A stretch of DNA of 64,000 nucleotides from Isurus oxyrinchus (Eukaryota): assembly GCA_026770705.1 (NCBI GenBank), contig JANJGN010000026.1, forward strand, positions 34,348,001-34,412,000, given 5' to 3'. Below are positions 13,170 through 26,700 of the stretch, piece after piece (the first letter of the stretch is position 1; the number at the start of each line of letters is the position of its first letter). Below the pieces are notes generated by a model, which worked only from the letters and a program-made list of their open reading frames with translations, had not been told where the DNA came from and searched no databases. A program made the translations under genes and the position numbers.

Positions 13170-14250
13170 ACACTTCTCTTGGAGCTGGTTTATGGAGATC
13201 ATGTCCTCTGTAGGTCTGCCAGCACAGAAACCGCACTCTGCTTCTGGAAACACTCAATCTGCAAATAGATGAAGTCTTTAAGCATGACCCTGGCGAAGAC
13301 TTTCCCAGTGACATTAGGGAGTGAGATACCCCTGTAGTTGTTGCAATCTCCTCTGTCACCTTTGTTTTTGTTTATTGTGATGATTTTCGCTTCACACATG
13401 TCCTGTGGAACGGATCCTACCTTCCAACAGAGGAGGAGATGATGAATGTGTGACAGTAGATGAGACTTTCCGTGCTTGAGCAGTTCAGCTGGAATTCCAT
13501 CCTTGCTGGTTGCCTTTCTGCTTGCTGAACAATCAATGGCCTTTTCCAGCTCAAGTGATGAGGTTTCCTCGTCCAACTCAGCCCTGACAGGAAGCTGCTG
13601 GGAAGAGTCAAACAGAGACTGGGAGATGTCTGTCTCACAGGGAGTACAGCTCCCAGTGTTAAACCCAGTGACAACCTGCTCACTTCTGTCAGTCAGCACT
13701 TCACCATCTGCCCATTTCATGGGAGGGGCAACTTTGGTGATGGTCGGACCATCATGTGCTCATACATGGCACATAGTTCCCGTTGTCACAGGCAGTTTGG
13801 ATTTCTTGGTGTAGGCTGATCCAGTGTTTATTTACACAGTATCTCCCTGTCTTTTACACAACCATCTTGGAACTTTCAAGATATGCAGTGTTCTAGCTGT
13901 TGGGTTTATGTTGTGCATCAGGTGGGCTTTGCTTTTTGCTTCAATGACAGATTCATCTCTGCTGAGTGGGTCTCAAACCAGCCTTTACCAAATGTTGCTG
14001 CTGCTGTGTCAGAAATGATTGAACTCAGCGACTTCCAAACTTCATCAGTATCAGTGTTGATTGATGAAGCATTTATTGATGTGCCTGTAAAATATTTCAC
14101 TGTTTTGTTTAACCTTCCTTGAGAATTTAATTTCATGATGGAGGTGTCACTCTGAAGAATGTGGAAGTCAATAAGAATTGTCAGCAAGGATTAATCAGCA
14201 CTTTCTAATTGTCGATGCTAATCAGAGGAACTGCAAAACACACAGGTGGC
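13170..14250 (-). mobile_element. RTE-clade LINE fragment
   Basis: DGIPAELLKHG...KNKGDRGDCNNYRGISLPNVTGKVFARVML is typical of an RTE RT N-terminus. Confidence 0.8.
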
Positions 14251-14453
14251 AGGAAAACTCTCCCCACAAAAGCCCCCAAAACGCCCCTGAATATTCAGTC
14301 ACTGGGGTGACCATTGAAAAAAAGTTGCCCCAGAATGTGAGAGAGACAGAATCTATAAGAAACAGCTTCTCCAGTCAGATTCTGTCTCTCCTGATCTTGC
14401 TGTTCCCCTATTCAGTGCTGCATGTGATTAACAGAAAAATCCAATCACTATAG

Positions 14454-15125
14454 TCACTTATGAACTTGCTGGTGTCTCAGCAGTGTGGATGACCGACCAA
14501 ATCTTTTCCCACACATGGAGCAGGTGAATGGCTTCTCCCCAGTGTGAACTTGCTGGTGTCGCAGAAGGGTGCATGTCTGAGTGAATCTCTTCCCACACAC
14601 GGAGCATGAGAATGGCTTCTCCCCAGTGTGAGTGCGCTGGTGTACAGTGAGGTCAGATGATTGCTTGAACCCAATCCCACAGTGAGAGCATCTGAACGGT
14701 CTCTCGTCAGTGTGAACACGTTGATGGGACATCAGTTCCCCAGAACTTTTATAGCACTTCCCACAGTTTGGGCATTGAAAAGGTCTCTCATCAGTGTGAA
14801 CTCGCTGGTGTCTCAGCAGGTTGGATGACTGAGTGAATCCCTTCCCACACTCAGAGCAGATGAATGGTCTCTCCCCAGTGTGAATGCGCTGATGTGCCAG
14901 CAGATGGGATGAGGTAGTGAATCCCTTCCCACACTTGGGGCAGGTAAACGGCCTCTCTCCGGTGTGAATGCGCCGATGAATTTCCAGCCTAACTGGATAA
15001 CTGAATCCCTTCCCACAATCACCACATTTCCACAGTTTCTCCACAGTTTGACTGTGCTTGTGTCCCGACAGGACAGAACAAGTGTATGGTTTCTCTCCAA
15101 CGTGAACGGTGCTTTTTCCTTCCAT
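14454..15125 (-). CDS. C2H2 zinc-finger protein with 7 intact fingers and no KRAB/SCAN domain
   Basis: Open frame from the ATG at 15125 (MEGKSTVH...). One internally deleted finger is followed by seven CxxC-x12-HxxxH fingers with TGERPF/TDERPF/TGEKPF linkers. Acceptor ctatttcAG near 15235. Confidence 0.88.
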   Translation of the reverse strand: MEGKSTVHVGEKPYTCSVLSGHKHSQTVEKLWKCGDCGKGFSYPVRLEIHRRIHTGERPFTCPKCGKGFTTSSHLLAHQRIHTGERPFICSECGKGFTQSSNLLRHQRVHTDERPFQCPNCGKCYKSSGELMSHQRVHTDERPFRCSHCGIGFKQSSDLTVHQRTHTGEKPFSCSVCGKRFTQTCTLLRHQQVHTGEKPFTCSMCGKRFGRSSTLLRHQQVHK

Positions 15126-15989
15126 GCTCAAAATCCGGTAATATTCAGGTTACAATTAATTGGACAACTTTGCCAGATCCTGATGTGATGTTTGGTTTCA
15201 GTTTCCTGACTGCAAATCCTCCTCTTCTGATACCCTGAAATAGAAAAAAGGGAGTGAGAGAGAACCCACAAAAACACACAAAGCCAGGTTGTGAAACTGA
15301 GTTTGTGGGGCCAGCACTAGGAAGAAATGACCATGAAAGTTGATGGATTGTCGTAAAAACACAACTGGTTCACTAATATCCTTCAGGGAAGGGAACCTGC
15401 CTCCCGGTCTGGGCTACACAAGACTCTGGCTTTCATGGGAGGAGAGCAAGAGAAAGAGGTGGGAGAGGCAAAGTGTGGAGACAGAGATTTTATATTTCTA
15501 CAACTTGACCAGAACTTTGACAGGATCTCCCGAACTCTCAGCCTCCACCACCTAGAAGCACCAGAGTAGCAGGTATATACGAACACCATCACCTACAAGT
15601 TCCTCTCCGACTCCACATTGTCCTAACTTGTCTGACATCCAGCACTACATGAAGGCAAATTTCCTCCATTTAACATATGAACATATGAATTAGGAGCAGG
15701 AGTAGGCCACTTGGACCCTGGAGGCTGTTCCGTCATTCAATATGATCATGGCTGATCTGACTGTTACCTCACGCCTACCCCTGATAACCTTTCACCCCCT
15801 TGTTATCAAGAATCTATCTACCTCTCCCTTAAAAATATTCAAAGACTCTGTTTCCACTGCGTTTTGAGGAAGGGAATTGCAAAGGCTCATTAACCTCTGA
15901 GATAAAAAAAAACTCATCATCTCTGTGTTAAATGAGTGACCCCTTATTTTTACATTGTGACCCATATCCTCACTACCACCCTTGATGCT

Positions 15990-17405
15990 CTAGTTCCCAG
16001 GAAAGCCTTTACTCTCTCTCTCCCTGGCTGCTCCCCCTAGTACAGCCCTCACCTCCGCTCCCTTAAGTCCAAGGGATGCAGACTTGAAAGGATACGGCGG
16101 ACAATTGGTCTAAGCATTCACCCCCAGATCTTGCTGAAGCACATAACGCACTCTCGGGTTCTTTTCTCACCTGCTATAACTGCTAGGATCATCCTCAAAT
16201 GCAAATATAACCCCAGGCTTTTTCTCTAATGCAAATCATCTTTCTTAACCCTTCTTCCACGGTCTCCTCCACCCTCACTTCCAACAATAAGAGATAGGAG
16301 CTCACAGACTTTTGTCACTAAAATCAACATCATCCATTCAGCTGCTTCTGCTGCTTCCTTCCCTTCCACTAGCCCAACTGGCCAAATTTCCTCTGAAGCT
16401 TCCCCCTGCCCCAGCCCCGAACATCTTTCTCTCGTTTCTCTCCTATCTCCTTCTCCGAACTTATCTTGTCCATGACACCCACCTCTTGCTTTCTCAATAT
16501 TACTGTCAACTAAACTGCTAACTATTCAACTTCATCTCTTGGTCCCCATGTTAACAGATATTGTTAACAGATCTCTCCAGGTGCTGTTCCTCTCTCCTCT
16601 AAATCTGCCATATCACCCCTTTCCTCAATAAGCATCGGTCAGTAAATAAGCTTTCCTCAGTAAATACTGGGAAGACTGAAACCATTGTCTTCAGTCCCTG
16701 TTACAAACTCCACTCCCTTTTCACCGACTCCATCCCTCTCCCTGGGAACTGTCTGAGGCAAAATATTTCACCCCAAGATGGGTTTCCATTCACATATCCG
16801 CATCATCACCAAGACTGCCTATTTCCACCTCAGTAACATTGCTTGACTACATCCCAGTCTCAACTCATCTACTGCTGAAACCATCATCCAATCCTTTGTC
16901 ACCTCTGGACTTAACAACCCTAATGCACTCCCAGCCATCCTTCCAGATTTAACCTCCACCATCCAAAATTCTCTTGTGCTTACTTGGACCAAGTCTTGTT
17001 CACCCAGCACCCCTGTGATCATTGATCTACAAAGGCTCCCAATTCAGAGGCAGCAACATTTAAAATTCTCAGCCCTGTTTTTCTCCATGGTTACAATCAT
17101 CCCTTTCTCTGTAATCTCCTCCAGCCACAGAACCCTCCAAAATATCTGCACTCATCTAATTCCACCCTCTTTAGCATTGCTGATTTTATTCGCTCCACCA
17201 TTGCTGGCCCAAGCTTGGAAATTGCTCCCAAACCTCTCTAACTTGCTTTCCTCTTTTAAGGCACACCTTAAACCAACCTCTTTCACCAAATTTATGTCCG
17301 AATATCTCATTGTGTGGCTCGGTATTAAATGTTGCTTTGTAAAATTTCTGTGAAATGCCTTGTTAAATGTTTTATGTTAAAGGCGCCAGATAAACACAAA
17401 TTGTT
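15990..17405 (+). mobile_element. L2-clade LINE fragments
   Basis: Degenerate KTAYFHLSNIA..HPSLNSSTAETIIQSFVTSGL C-terminal motif and a pyrimidine-rich L2-like body and tail. Confidence 0.65.
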
Positions 17406-18149
17406 CCTGTTGATTTGGACATAAATCACCTTTCCTGCATCATCACTGGGTGAATAACCTGTAATTCCTTACCTAACAGTATTGTAGGAGCACCTTCACC
17501 ACACAGACTGCAGTGGTTCAAGAAGCTCAAACATCATCTTCTCCACTAGCAACTGGTGACTGGCAATATATGCTGATATTGGTGGAGAGGGAAACAGAGT
17601 TAATGACTCAGGTCTGTAGAATGAATTACAGGCAATAAAAATGGTGCAGAATTTGATGATCAATATAAGTTCAAAAGTGAAAGAACTGGTAAGCCAGCAG
17701 CACATGTTCAGGGGATGGGCAGCAGTGGAAACCTCATTTAGACATGATCGGCAGAAGGAACAGTAAAATGCTAAACATAACTGAAATACATTCATTATTA
17801 GAGACAGAGGAAGTTAGACAATGGCAGAGAGGTGATCAGGGAAGAGAGAGTTGAAACAGAGCAATGGATGGACATGGATTCAGATCCACAGCAGAGGAAT
17901 CAGACCAGCCCCAAAGCAATAGTCAAAAATACTCACATCTGAAACAATTTCAGTTTTCAACATTAAAATCTCCCACTGGAGCCTGCAGCTAGAAAGATAT
18001 CAGAAGAACTGGAGTCAGAGAAAAATCTCCCAGTTGAGGAAATACCCGGGGAGCGGGGTGATGTCACCGAGCAATTGTCAGTATGTGATGACATCACAGA
18101 CACGAACACAGAACATTTGGGTCTGTGCAAACAGTGATCACCACACATT

Positions 18150-18465
18150 ATGAACGATGTGAGGGCCTTTGGGAAAGGGCAGAGGAGATTTATCAGAATA
18201 GTTCCAGGGATGAGGGGCTTTAGTTGCAATGTTAGGTTGGAGAAACTGGGGTTGTTCTCCTTGGAGCAAAGGAGATTGAGGGGAGATTTGATAGAGGTGT
18301 ACAAGTTAATAATAGGTTTAGATAAGGTAGATAAAGAAAAGCTGTTCCCATTATTTGATTGTAAAAAATTATGGACACGGATTTAAGATTTTGCGAAGAG
18401 ATAAAGAGGGAATGTGAGGAATCACTTTTTTTTATACAGCGAGTGGTAATGACCTGGAACTCAAT
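18150..18465 (+). mobile_element. CR1 LINE fragment
   Basis: RLEKLGLFSLEQRRLRGDLIEVYK. Confidence 0.8.
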
Positions 18466-18699
18466 GTTTACACTCAAAGGCCGATAAGATCCAGGTCCTG
18501 GTGAATCGGGTCTGCTCTGAATGTGATGTTTGGTTTGACTTTCCTGTCTGTAAATCCTCCCCTCCTCACCCTCTGTAAAAGGTGTTTCCAAAATCCATCC
18601 CTGTCAGTCCAGGATAGGAATTCACACCATTCTCTCCTCCTGCTCCAGGATCAGTAAAGTGAGTTAAAGATGATTTCTCATTAACAAACCCATTGCTGC

Positions 18700-19080
18700 A
18701 TTTCCTTCATTAACCCACATTTGTCCACTTGGGTCTGGCACCGGGAGAAAGTCCGCAGCTGCCGTTCCGTTCTGTGCAAAAGTGAGCCCGGTACTTTCTT
18801 ATTGGGGGTGTTGAGGCCTCCACTGGGTGTTTGGGAAGCCTCCGCTCCCACCCACTGCCCCTAAAGCTGCCTCTGCTTATCCGCCTCCTTCCCGCCTGAA
18901 GATGAGGCAAACAAGTGTCTGTTCATGGACATCACCCGCACTACACATGCTCCAGATCACATGCCCGGAGGGTGATTGACAGCAGCTCTGGACCAATAGG
19001 AAGAGGAGGCGGGGCTGAGCCCGAATCTCTCTCATTGGTTAAAGCTCTGCATCATTTTGGAAGCTGATTTGTCTCAAACT
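18700..19080 (-). promoter_or_regulatory. CpG-rich promoter module, probably for the 14454-15125 ZNF gene
   Basis: CCAAT (~18993), GGCGGGGC GC-box (~19008), ATTGG (~19034). Resembles the modules at 2.5-2.8 kb and 26.3-26.7 kb. A ZNF acceptor/leader relic lies at 18470-18640. Confidence 0.45.
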
Positions 19081-19769
19081 CCAGGAGAAAACTGGACCTT
19101 TCTGTTTGTGGCTTTAACCAGATGAAACCCTGTGGGTGTGGAGCAAACATTTCAACATTTGTTTGTGAAATGGATTCATTCAGGACAGACAGCAGGGATT
19201 ATTTCAGGAAATTACACAGTGTAGCGATTATTTCTCTTTGAACTCATCCCTTGGAGAACAGTGTAAATTAGTGGAAGAATTCACAGGTTGTTTAATGCTC
19301 CTTCCATGACTGGAACCATTTAATTCCAGCCGATCTGTTGGTCCGGCTTCAACCGGGAGAGTTTGATGAGTTCCCACAACTCACACAATGGGAGTGGACA
19401 GCCAGACCCGCCGGACACACCTATCCTGCCTGATAGCAACCCAGAATGAACTGGAGTCATCTCCACTCAGCAGGAGTGTCCGCAGTGGTGTTTCTGACTC
19501 AGGGGCAGGAACGTTAACAGTTATTTCTTATTAATAACCCCAAAACATGCAAGAGCCATCAAACTGGAATCTACTCCTTTTTACCTTCATCATTGTCCAA
19601 ATGAAGTCTTAATTTTACTTTTGCAGCTTGTGAGAGCACGGAACTACAGTAGCTGTAGAAACTTCATTCTTATCTACCCTCTAACATATCTCTCCCCATT
19701 CTCTCAGATTCAAACCAATCCTGTCTTTGACCAGGATCCTAAAATTCATTGTGTTAGTTGATTACTGAT

Positions 19770-20290
19770 TCAGGTTAAGGAGGGAGGTATTTGCATTGGA
19801 GGCAGTTCAGAGAAGGTTCGGTAGGCTAATTCCTGGTATAAAGGGGTTTGTCTTAAGTGGAAAGGTTGAGCAGGTTGGGTCTATACTCATTGGGATTTGA
19901 CAATGAGAAGTGATCTTACTGAAGCATGTAAGATTATGAAGGGGCTTTACAGGGTAGATACTGAGAGGATGTTTGCTCTTGTGGGAGATCCTAGAGATAG
20001 GGCGTATTTAACACGTAACGGGCCTCCCATTTAAGACTGAGATGAGAGGAATTTCTTCTCTCAGAGGGTTTGTCAGTCTTTGGAATTCTCTTCCCCAGTG
20101 AATTGTGGAGGCTGGGTCATTGAATAAAGTCAAGGCGGAGTTGAAGAGATTTTTGATCCACAAGAGAGTCAAGGTTTATGGGGGAGAAACAGGAAAGTGG
20201 TGTTAAGGGTACAATCAGATCAGCCATGATCTTACTGAATGGTGGAGCAGGCTCAATGGGTCAAATGGCCTACTCCTGCTCCTATTTCTT
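19770..20290 (+). mobile_element. CR1 LINE 3' fragment
   Basis: Same subfamily as 8672-9570, with tail GGCCTACTCCTGCTCCTATTTCTTAT. Confidence 0.8.
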
Positions 20291-20649
20291 ATTGTCTGCT
20301 TCCTGGGTCAGGATGGCTCTGCATGTACTCTGCATGGGGGATGTGAGGGTGAACACGTTTACACAGTGAGTGGCATTGTCCTGGAACTCGCTGCCAATGG
20401 GAGTGCTGGAAGTGGAGATGAATTATTTCAAACAGAAACTGGATGGATACTCAAGGGAAATAAACTTGCAGAGCAACAGGGTTAGAGTGGGGGAATGGGA
20501 CTAACTGGATTCCTCGACAGAGAGCTGGTGTGGACTCCTGACCTGGAATCACTCGGTGACTCCATGAGTCCTGTTTTCTGCTTATTGTGCATTTGTAAGT
20601 TGATCTGTCCTGGTTTTATAAACCCATTCAGGCCAATAATGGGCCAGGT

Positions 20650-21110
20650 AATTTCACAGTGATCCCAATCAGCATGTTGTGGTCTGAACTGAGACTGGGA
20701 CAGGTACTTTCTGTGAAGCTTCGTTTAACAGTTTGACCAACTCTGTCCAGGCTGGTGTCCATTCCCACTCAGCAATCCTTCTCAACAAAGCAAAGAGGGG
20801 AACTCTTAATGGGGCAAAACCCTTGACAAAAACACCATCAATCCCGCGAATGACCAGACCACCTTCATAGTTGTTGGTGGGGGCAACTCCTGTCCAGCTT
20901 TTTTTAAATGTTATCAATGTTACCCCCCCAACATAGCTCATATTCACTCCTGAAACATTTACCTTCTCCTGCACTGATTTCTTGAGATGAATCTTGAACC
21001 TTCCCTGGTCAATCCTTGTTACAATTCTCTCAGTAATCTCACATGACTCTCAATGTCCAGATTCAGCAACAGTAAATCATCCAGCTCCTGTATTAAACTC
21101 TCAGACTGAT
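20650..21110 (-). mobile_element. Gypsy/retrovirus-like RT-RNaseH connection fragment
   Basis: Degenerate LDDLLLLNLDIESHVRLLREL motif and FAPLRVPLFALLRRIAEWEWTPAW. Confidence 0.5.
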
Positions 21111-21612
21111 TAAACTGATTAGTCACACTCCCCTGCCCTCTCCCAGAGCTCTGCAGAATGTACCTTTCAACTAGAGATCCAATTCACTTTGGGAAGTTAC
21201 TATTGAATCTACTTCCACCTTTCGGGGAGTGTGTTCCAGATCACAACTCATTCAGTAAAACGTCTTTCCTCATCTCCCCTCAGGCTTTTTGCCAATTATT
21301 TGACGTGGTCTGTTTACTCCTCACTTTTTGTTAAATCAATTTGCTGAGTGGATTCAGGTTTAAATTTAAACCAAGTTTGTAGGTGTGATGGTCTATTCAA
21401 ACATCGAAGGTGGGAGAGATGCTGTAGGACTATGGACATTGTTAGAGCAATCAAGGGCATAACACACAGTGTTTTAAATAATGACACTATTCACAATATT
21501 AAATTCTCACCATTATATGGGGTGATAAACATCAGCAGAAACAAAGCCCAACTATCAGAATGAACATGGTTCATTCCTGGATGTCATTAACAGCAGAATC
21601 CAACGCCTGGAG

Positions 21613-22725
21613 TCACTTGTGGACTCGCCGGTGTCTCAGCAGGGTGGATGAGTGAGTGAATCCCTTCCCACAAACAGAGCAGCTGAACAGATCCTCCCCA
21701 TGTGAACTCGCTGGTGACTCTGAACATTGGATGAGCGACGAAATCTCTTCCCACACTTGTAGCAGGTGAATGGCCTCTCTCCGGTGTGGCCTCGCTGGTG
21801 TGCCAGCAGGTTGGATGCGTGAGTGAATCCCTTACCACACGGAGCAGATGAACGGCCTCTCCCCAGTGTGACTGCGTTGGTGTATCAGCAGATCCCTTGC
21901 GCTTTTAAAGCCAGAATCACAGTCAGAACATTGAAACGGTCTCTGATCAGTATGAAGAAGTTGGTGTGATGTGAGGTTGGTTAAACAAGTGAATCCCTTC
22001 CCACACACGGGGCAGGTGAACGGTCTCTCCCCAGTGTGAACACGGAGATGTTCAGTGAGATTGGATGACCGTGCAAATCTCTTCCTGCAGTGAGAGCAAC
22101 TGAATGGTCTCTCCCTGGTGTGAACTCGCTTGTGTTCAGTCAGGGTAGATGATTTAGTAAAGCCCTTCCCACACACGGAGCAGATGAATCGTCTCTTCCC
22201 AGTGTGAACTCGTTGGTGTGTTAACAAGGTAGATAACTGAGTGAAACCCTTCTCACAATCAGAGCAGATGAACGGTCTCTCCCCGGTGTGACTGCGTCAA
22301 TGAGTTTCCAGCTTGGATGGATAATTGAATCCCTTCCCACGGTCCCCACATTTCCATGGTTTCTCCGTGGTGCGGGTGTCCTTATGCTTCTCCAGTTTGA
22401 ATGGATCAGTTGAAGCCTCGTCCACACACAGAAAAAGGGGTACACTTTCTCTCTGCTGAGAACGGTGTGATTTTTTTTCAGGCTCTGTAACTGGTTGAAG
22501 CTCTTTCCACAGTCAGTTCACTGGATCACTCTCACTTGGGTGTGTGTGTCTCGGTGCTTTTCCAGTCACACTGATGTTTGAAATCTTTTCCTAGAGACAA
22601 AAATTTCTTGTGCTGCATTCAAAGGCTGATGATATTCAGGTCCTGATGAATTGAGTGACCATCAGATCTTGACGTGATGTTTGATTTGAGTTTCATGTCT
22701 GTAAATTTTCCCCGTCTTATGCCCT
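21613..22725 (-). pseudogene. C2H2 zinc-finger pseudogene (about 9-10 fingers)
   Basis: The family start ATG is ACG here (TEKPWKC). First finger has Cys>Arg, there is an in-frame TGA at 22297-22299, a frameshift near 21835 and more lesions downstream. Confidence 0.85.
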
Positions 22726-23039
22726 GGAAAAGGAGTTTACAAAGTCAACCCTGTCAGTCCAGGATAAAAATTCAGAGCAGACGATTCCAGTTTCTATGGA
22801 ATATTTTTTCCTCTCTAGTTGCCCCAAAGCTGTAAATCCCCATCCCACACACACGCCCTCCTCCCTGGGCTGAAATCCAAACCCATTTCACCATCTCCAG
22901 CATTTCTTTCCTCCAGTCCCAGTTTTCTCCCTCCCTCTCCTCTGCCTGGGTTCAATTCTCCAGCAGAGTGAGAATAAAATAAATGAGTCAATCATTTTCT
23001 CTCCTGGTCACTGGGACTGTGACTCGTTTCAGCCCCACA

Positions 23040-23472
23040 AACAGCACCACTTACAGCAGGGAGAAACCATGCACGTGTTCTGTGCGTAGTCAAGGCTTCA
23101 CTGATCATCTCTCTTGTTAAAACACAAGTGCAATCACACTGGGGAGAAACTGTGTCCATGCGGGGATCTTGAAGGCAATTCAATTATCTGTCAGATCTGG
23201 AAACTCAATGCCACAGTCACACAGGGTAGAGGCTGTTCTCTTGCACTGAATGTGGGAAAGGATTTATATCACACTTTCAATCACACCAGGGAGTGCACAC
23301 TTATAAGAGACTGTTCAAATGTTCTGACTGCAAGAAGAGATTGAAAAGCAGAAGGGATCTACTGAAACACCAGTGAGTTCACACTGGGGAGGGGCTGTTC
23401 ACCTGCTCCGTGTGTGAAAAGAGCTTCACTTGTCAATCCAACCTGCAGACAGACTGATAAGTTGACAAGTGA
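23040..23472 (+). pseudogene. Heavily decayed C2H2-ZNF copy, opposite in orientation to its neighbour
   Basis: Remnants HTGEKLC, CTECGKGF, FKCSDCKKRLKSRRDLLKHQ*VHTGEGLFTCSVCEKSF, followed by the family 3' UTR. Confidence 0.75.
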
Positions 23473-23564
23473 CAACAGAGGTTGGATTCTACTGTTATTG
23501 CTGCTGTTAATCACATCGAGGACTGAACCATATTGACTTTGACACTGAGATTTATTTCTGCTGA

Positions 23565-24490
23565 TCACAGAATCACACAATGCAGAAGCCCTTCGGCCCA
23601 CTGAGTCTGCACGAGTGAGAAACATGTGACCTACCTACCTAATTCCATTTACCAGCACTTGGCCCATAGCCTTGAATGTTATGATGGGCCAAGTGCTCAT
23701 CCAGGTACATTTTAAAGGATGTGAGGCAATCCTCCTTCATCACCCTCTCCCAGGCAGTGCATTCCAGACTGTCACCACCCTCTGGGTAAAAAGGTTTTTC
23801 CTCTCATCCCCCCTAAACCTCCTGCCCCTCACCTTGAACTTGTATCCCCTCATGACTGACCTTTCAACTAAGGGGAACAGCTGCACCCTATCCACCCTGT
23901 CTGTTCCCCTCATAATCTTGTACACCTCGATCAGGTCGCCCCTCAGTCTTCTCTGCTCCAATGAAAACAACCCAAGTTTATCCAACCTTTCTTCATAACT
24001 TAAATGTTTCATCCCAGGCAACATCCTGGTGAATCTCCTCTGCATCCCCTCCAGTGCAATCACATCCTTCCTATAATGTGGCGACCAGAACTGCACACAG
24101 TACTCCAGCTGTGGCCTCACCAAGGTTCTATACAACTCCAACATCACCTCCCTACATTTGTAATCTATGTCTCGATTGATAAAGGCAAGTTTCCCATATG
24201 CCTTTTCACCACCCCACTAGCATGCCCCTCTGCCTTCAGAGATCTATGGACACACATGCCAAGGTCCCTTTGTTCCTCAGAACTTCCTAGTGTCATGCTG
24301 TTCACCGAATACTTTCTTATCAAATTACTCCTTCCAAAGTGTATCACCTCACACTTTTCAGGGTTAAATTCCATTTGCCACTTATCTGCCCATTTGACCA
24401 TCCCATCTATATCTTCCTGTAGCCCAAGACACTCAACCTCACTGTTAACCACACGATCGATCTTGTGTTATCCACAAACCTACGAATCCT
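23565..24490 (-). mobile_element. CR1 LINE 3' fragment (young subfamily)
   Basis: KWQMEFNPEKCEVIHFG and LYRTLVRPQLEYCVQFWSPHY; closely matches 32160-33060. Confidence 0.9.
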
Positions 24491-24619
24491 ACTCCCGAAA
24501 CAATCTTTATGGCTTGGGTGAAATTTAATATTCTGGCTGTCGGTTTGCTTTACTTTGTATCCTTTCGTCACCAAATAAACTATATTTCTTCAGGTTATGT
24601 TTGAGGTTTTGTGTGATGA

Positions 24620-24945
24620 AACAAACAGTGATTTACTTGTACTTCCTGCAGCTCAGTTACTGTATTAACTGCTGACGATCTGGTCTGCTCTACACTGGGA
24701 AGGTGAAAAGCAGATTAGGTGGTCACTTTGTGGAACAAACTCTGTTCAGTCTGTCAGCTTGACCCTGAACTTCCCGTCACTTGTCATTTTAATTCTCCAC
24801 CCCACTCCCACTCTGACCCTCTCTGTCCTCGGCCTCTTGAACTGTTCCAGTGAAGCTCAATGAGAGCTCAAGGAACAGCAGCTCATTCTTCAATTCTGCA
24901 CTTTACAACCTTCAGAACTCAACAATGAGTTCAGCACTTTCTGCA
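24620..24945 (+). mobile_element. Penelope-like GIY-YIG endonuclease fragment
   Basis: Homologous to 35775-36100 (GLLYTG; PELPVTCHFNSP). Confidence 0.7.
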
Positions 24946-25239
24946 CCAACAGAGAGTTGTCAGGATCTGGAACTCTCTACCTGAAAAGGTGCTGGAACCT
25001 GATTCTATGTTTGGACTCCGCTCACCGATCCTAGATTCCCCAACCAGTGGAAATAGTTTTTCTGTCTGCCCTGTCAACACCAATTAATATCCCAAAAACT
25101 TGAAGCAAATCACCTGTTAATCTTCTAAATTTCAGGGATTACAACCTTCACAGCGAGGTGATGGATTTTGACAGGAAGGATAGAGAGAGAAAGAAAATAG
25201 CGACCTCATGGCACAGGTAAAAACAGTGTACAGAGTCAG

Positions 25240-25750
25240 AGGGATCTGGCCCTTTATGTACAGAGATTTTTTAAGGGTGACAGGATAGATTAAGAGAGCA
25301 GTTAGCAAGGTATTTGTAATCTTGGGCTTCTTCAATAGAGCTACTGAGTACAAAAGCAAGGAAGTTATGCCTAATTTTTGTTAGGCTCTGGTGAGGCCAC
25401 AACCCAAGTATTTGTGTCCAGTTCTGATCACCACACTTCAGGAAAGATGTAAAGGTCCTTGAGAAGCTGCAGAGGAGATTTAACTGAATGGTTCTAGCAA
25501 AGAGCTGAGGGCAGATTGATAGATAAGCTTTAGATAAGATTGACAAAGAAAATCTATTCCCATCAGTTGATTGTACAAGGACTAGGGGCACAGATTTAAG
25601 TTTTTGGGTAAGAGATACAGGGGGATGTGAGGGAGAATAGGCACTTGAGGGAAATAAACTTGCAAGGATACAGGGATGGCGAGCAGAGGAATAGGTCTCT
25701 CTGGAGAGCTGGCATGGGCTCAATGGGCCAAATGGCATCCTCTGTGCCAC
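25240..25750 (+). mobile_element. CR1 LINE fragment
   Basis: Degenerate ALVRPQPKYCVQF*SPHFRKDVKVLEKLQRRF. Confidence 0.7.
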
Positions 25751-26259
25751 AATGGGTCTTCCTTGTCATCTCATTCTGTAATGAAACCCATTGAGTTCAG
25801 GTATCACTCAGGTAAATCTGTGCTACACTCTCTCCATGACCACTCTATCCTTAGGTTTGTTGCACAAAAGTGAACATATTATCTAGGTGTGGTCTAACCA
25901 GGGTTTGTGCATCTTGGTGCTTTTCTACAGATAGAACAGACAAACCTTCTTCATTCCACATTCAGATGCTGATGATATTCAGATTCTGATGAATCGAGTG
26001 ACTTTGTCGGATCTGGATGTGACGTTTGGTTTGAGTTTCCCATCTGTCAATCCTCCATTTCTAATAACCCTGTAAAATAAATTTACAAAGACTTTTATTG
26101 TCAGCCCAGGATAGAAAATCAGAAGAGACAAACATTACTCTTGGTTTGAGTTTGCTGTGTGTAAATCCTCCCCTTATAACCCCCTGTAAAAGGAGTTTCC
26201 AAAATCCATCCCTCAGTCCAGTATAGGAATTCACAATATTCTCTCCTGCTGCTGACAGG

Positions 26260-26700
26260 GACAGGGATGGCCGCGCATGCGCCCTGCTGCACCTCGCCTC
26301 TGGTAAACATGGCGGCCGTTAACACGGGCCTGTGACCCAGAGCAGGCCAACAACTGTCGTCCCGTCCCGTCCCGTCCCGTCCCGCGCAAATGCAGAATCG
26401 GTAGCTTCGTAGTGGGGGGGTTTGAGGCCTTCACCAGGTGTTTATGAATCCTTCCCGCCCACTCCGATGGCTCTAATCCTCTTCACCCACCCAGCGGCTC
26501 CATTACTCAACCTCACTCGATTGTTTCTCCTTTCTCCGCCGAACTCCAGGCACAAATCGCACTGAGCATGTACCAGTCAGGGACAGCAATGCGCATGCTC
26601 AGTTTCCAGCTCGGTAGTACGCCTGCGCAGCAAGCCCCCTGTCGTCTGGATAGGACGCATTCTTCCTCGCAGAGGATACTGGGTAAACATCCAGCCATTG
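26260..26700 (-). promoter_or_regulatory. CpG-island promoter module, probably of the 21.6-22.7 kb ZNF pseudogene
   Basis: GCGCATGCGC (NRF1-type, 26273-26282), AACATGGCGGC (YY1-type, 26306-26316), (CCCGT)4 and TGCGCATGC near 26590. ZNF acceptor relics lie at 25915-26250. Confidence 0.55.
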
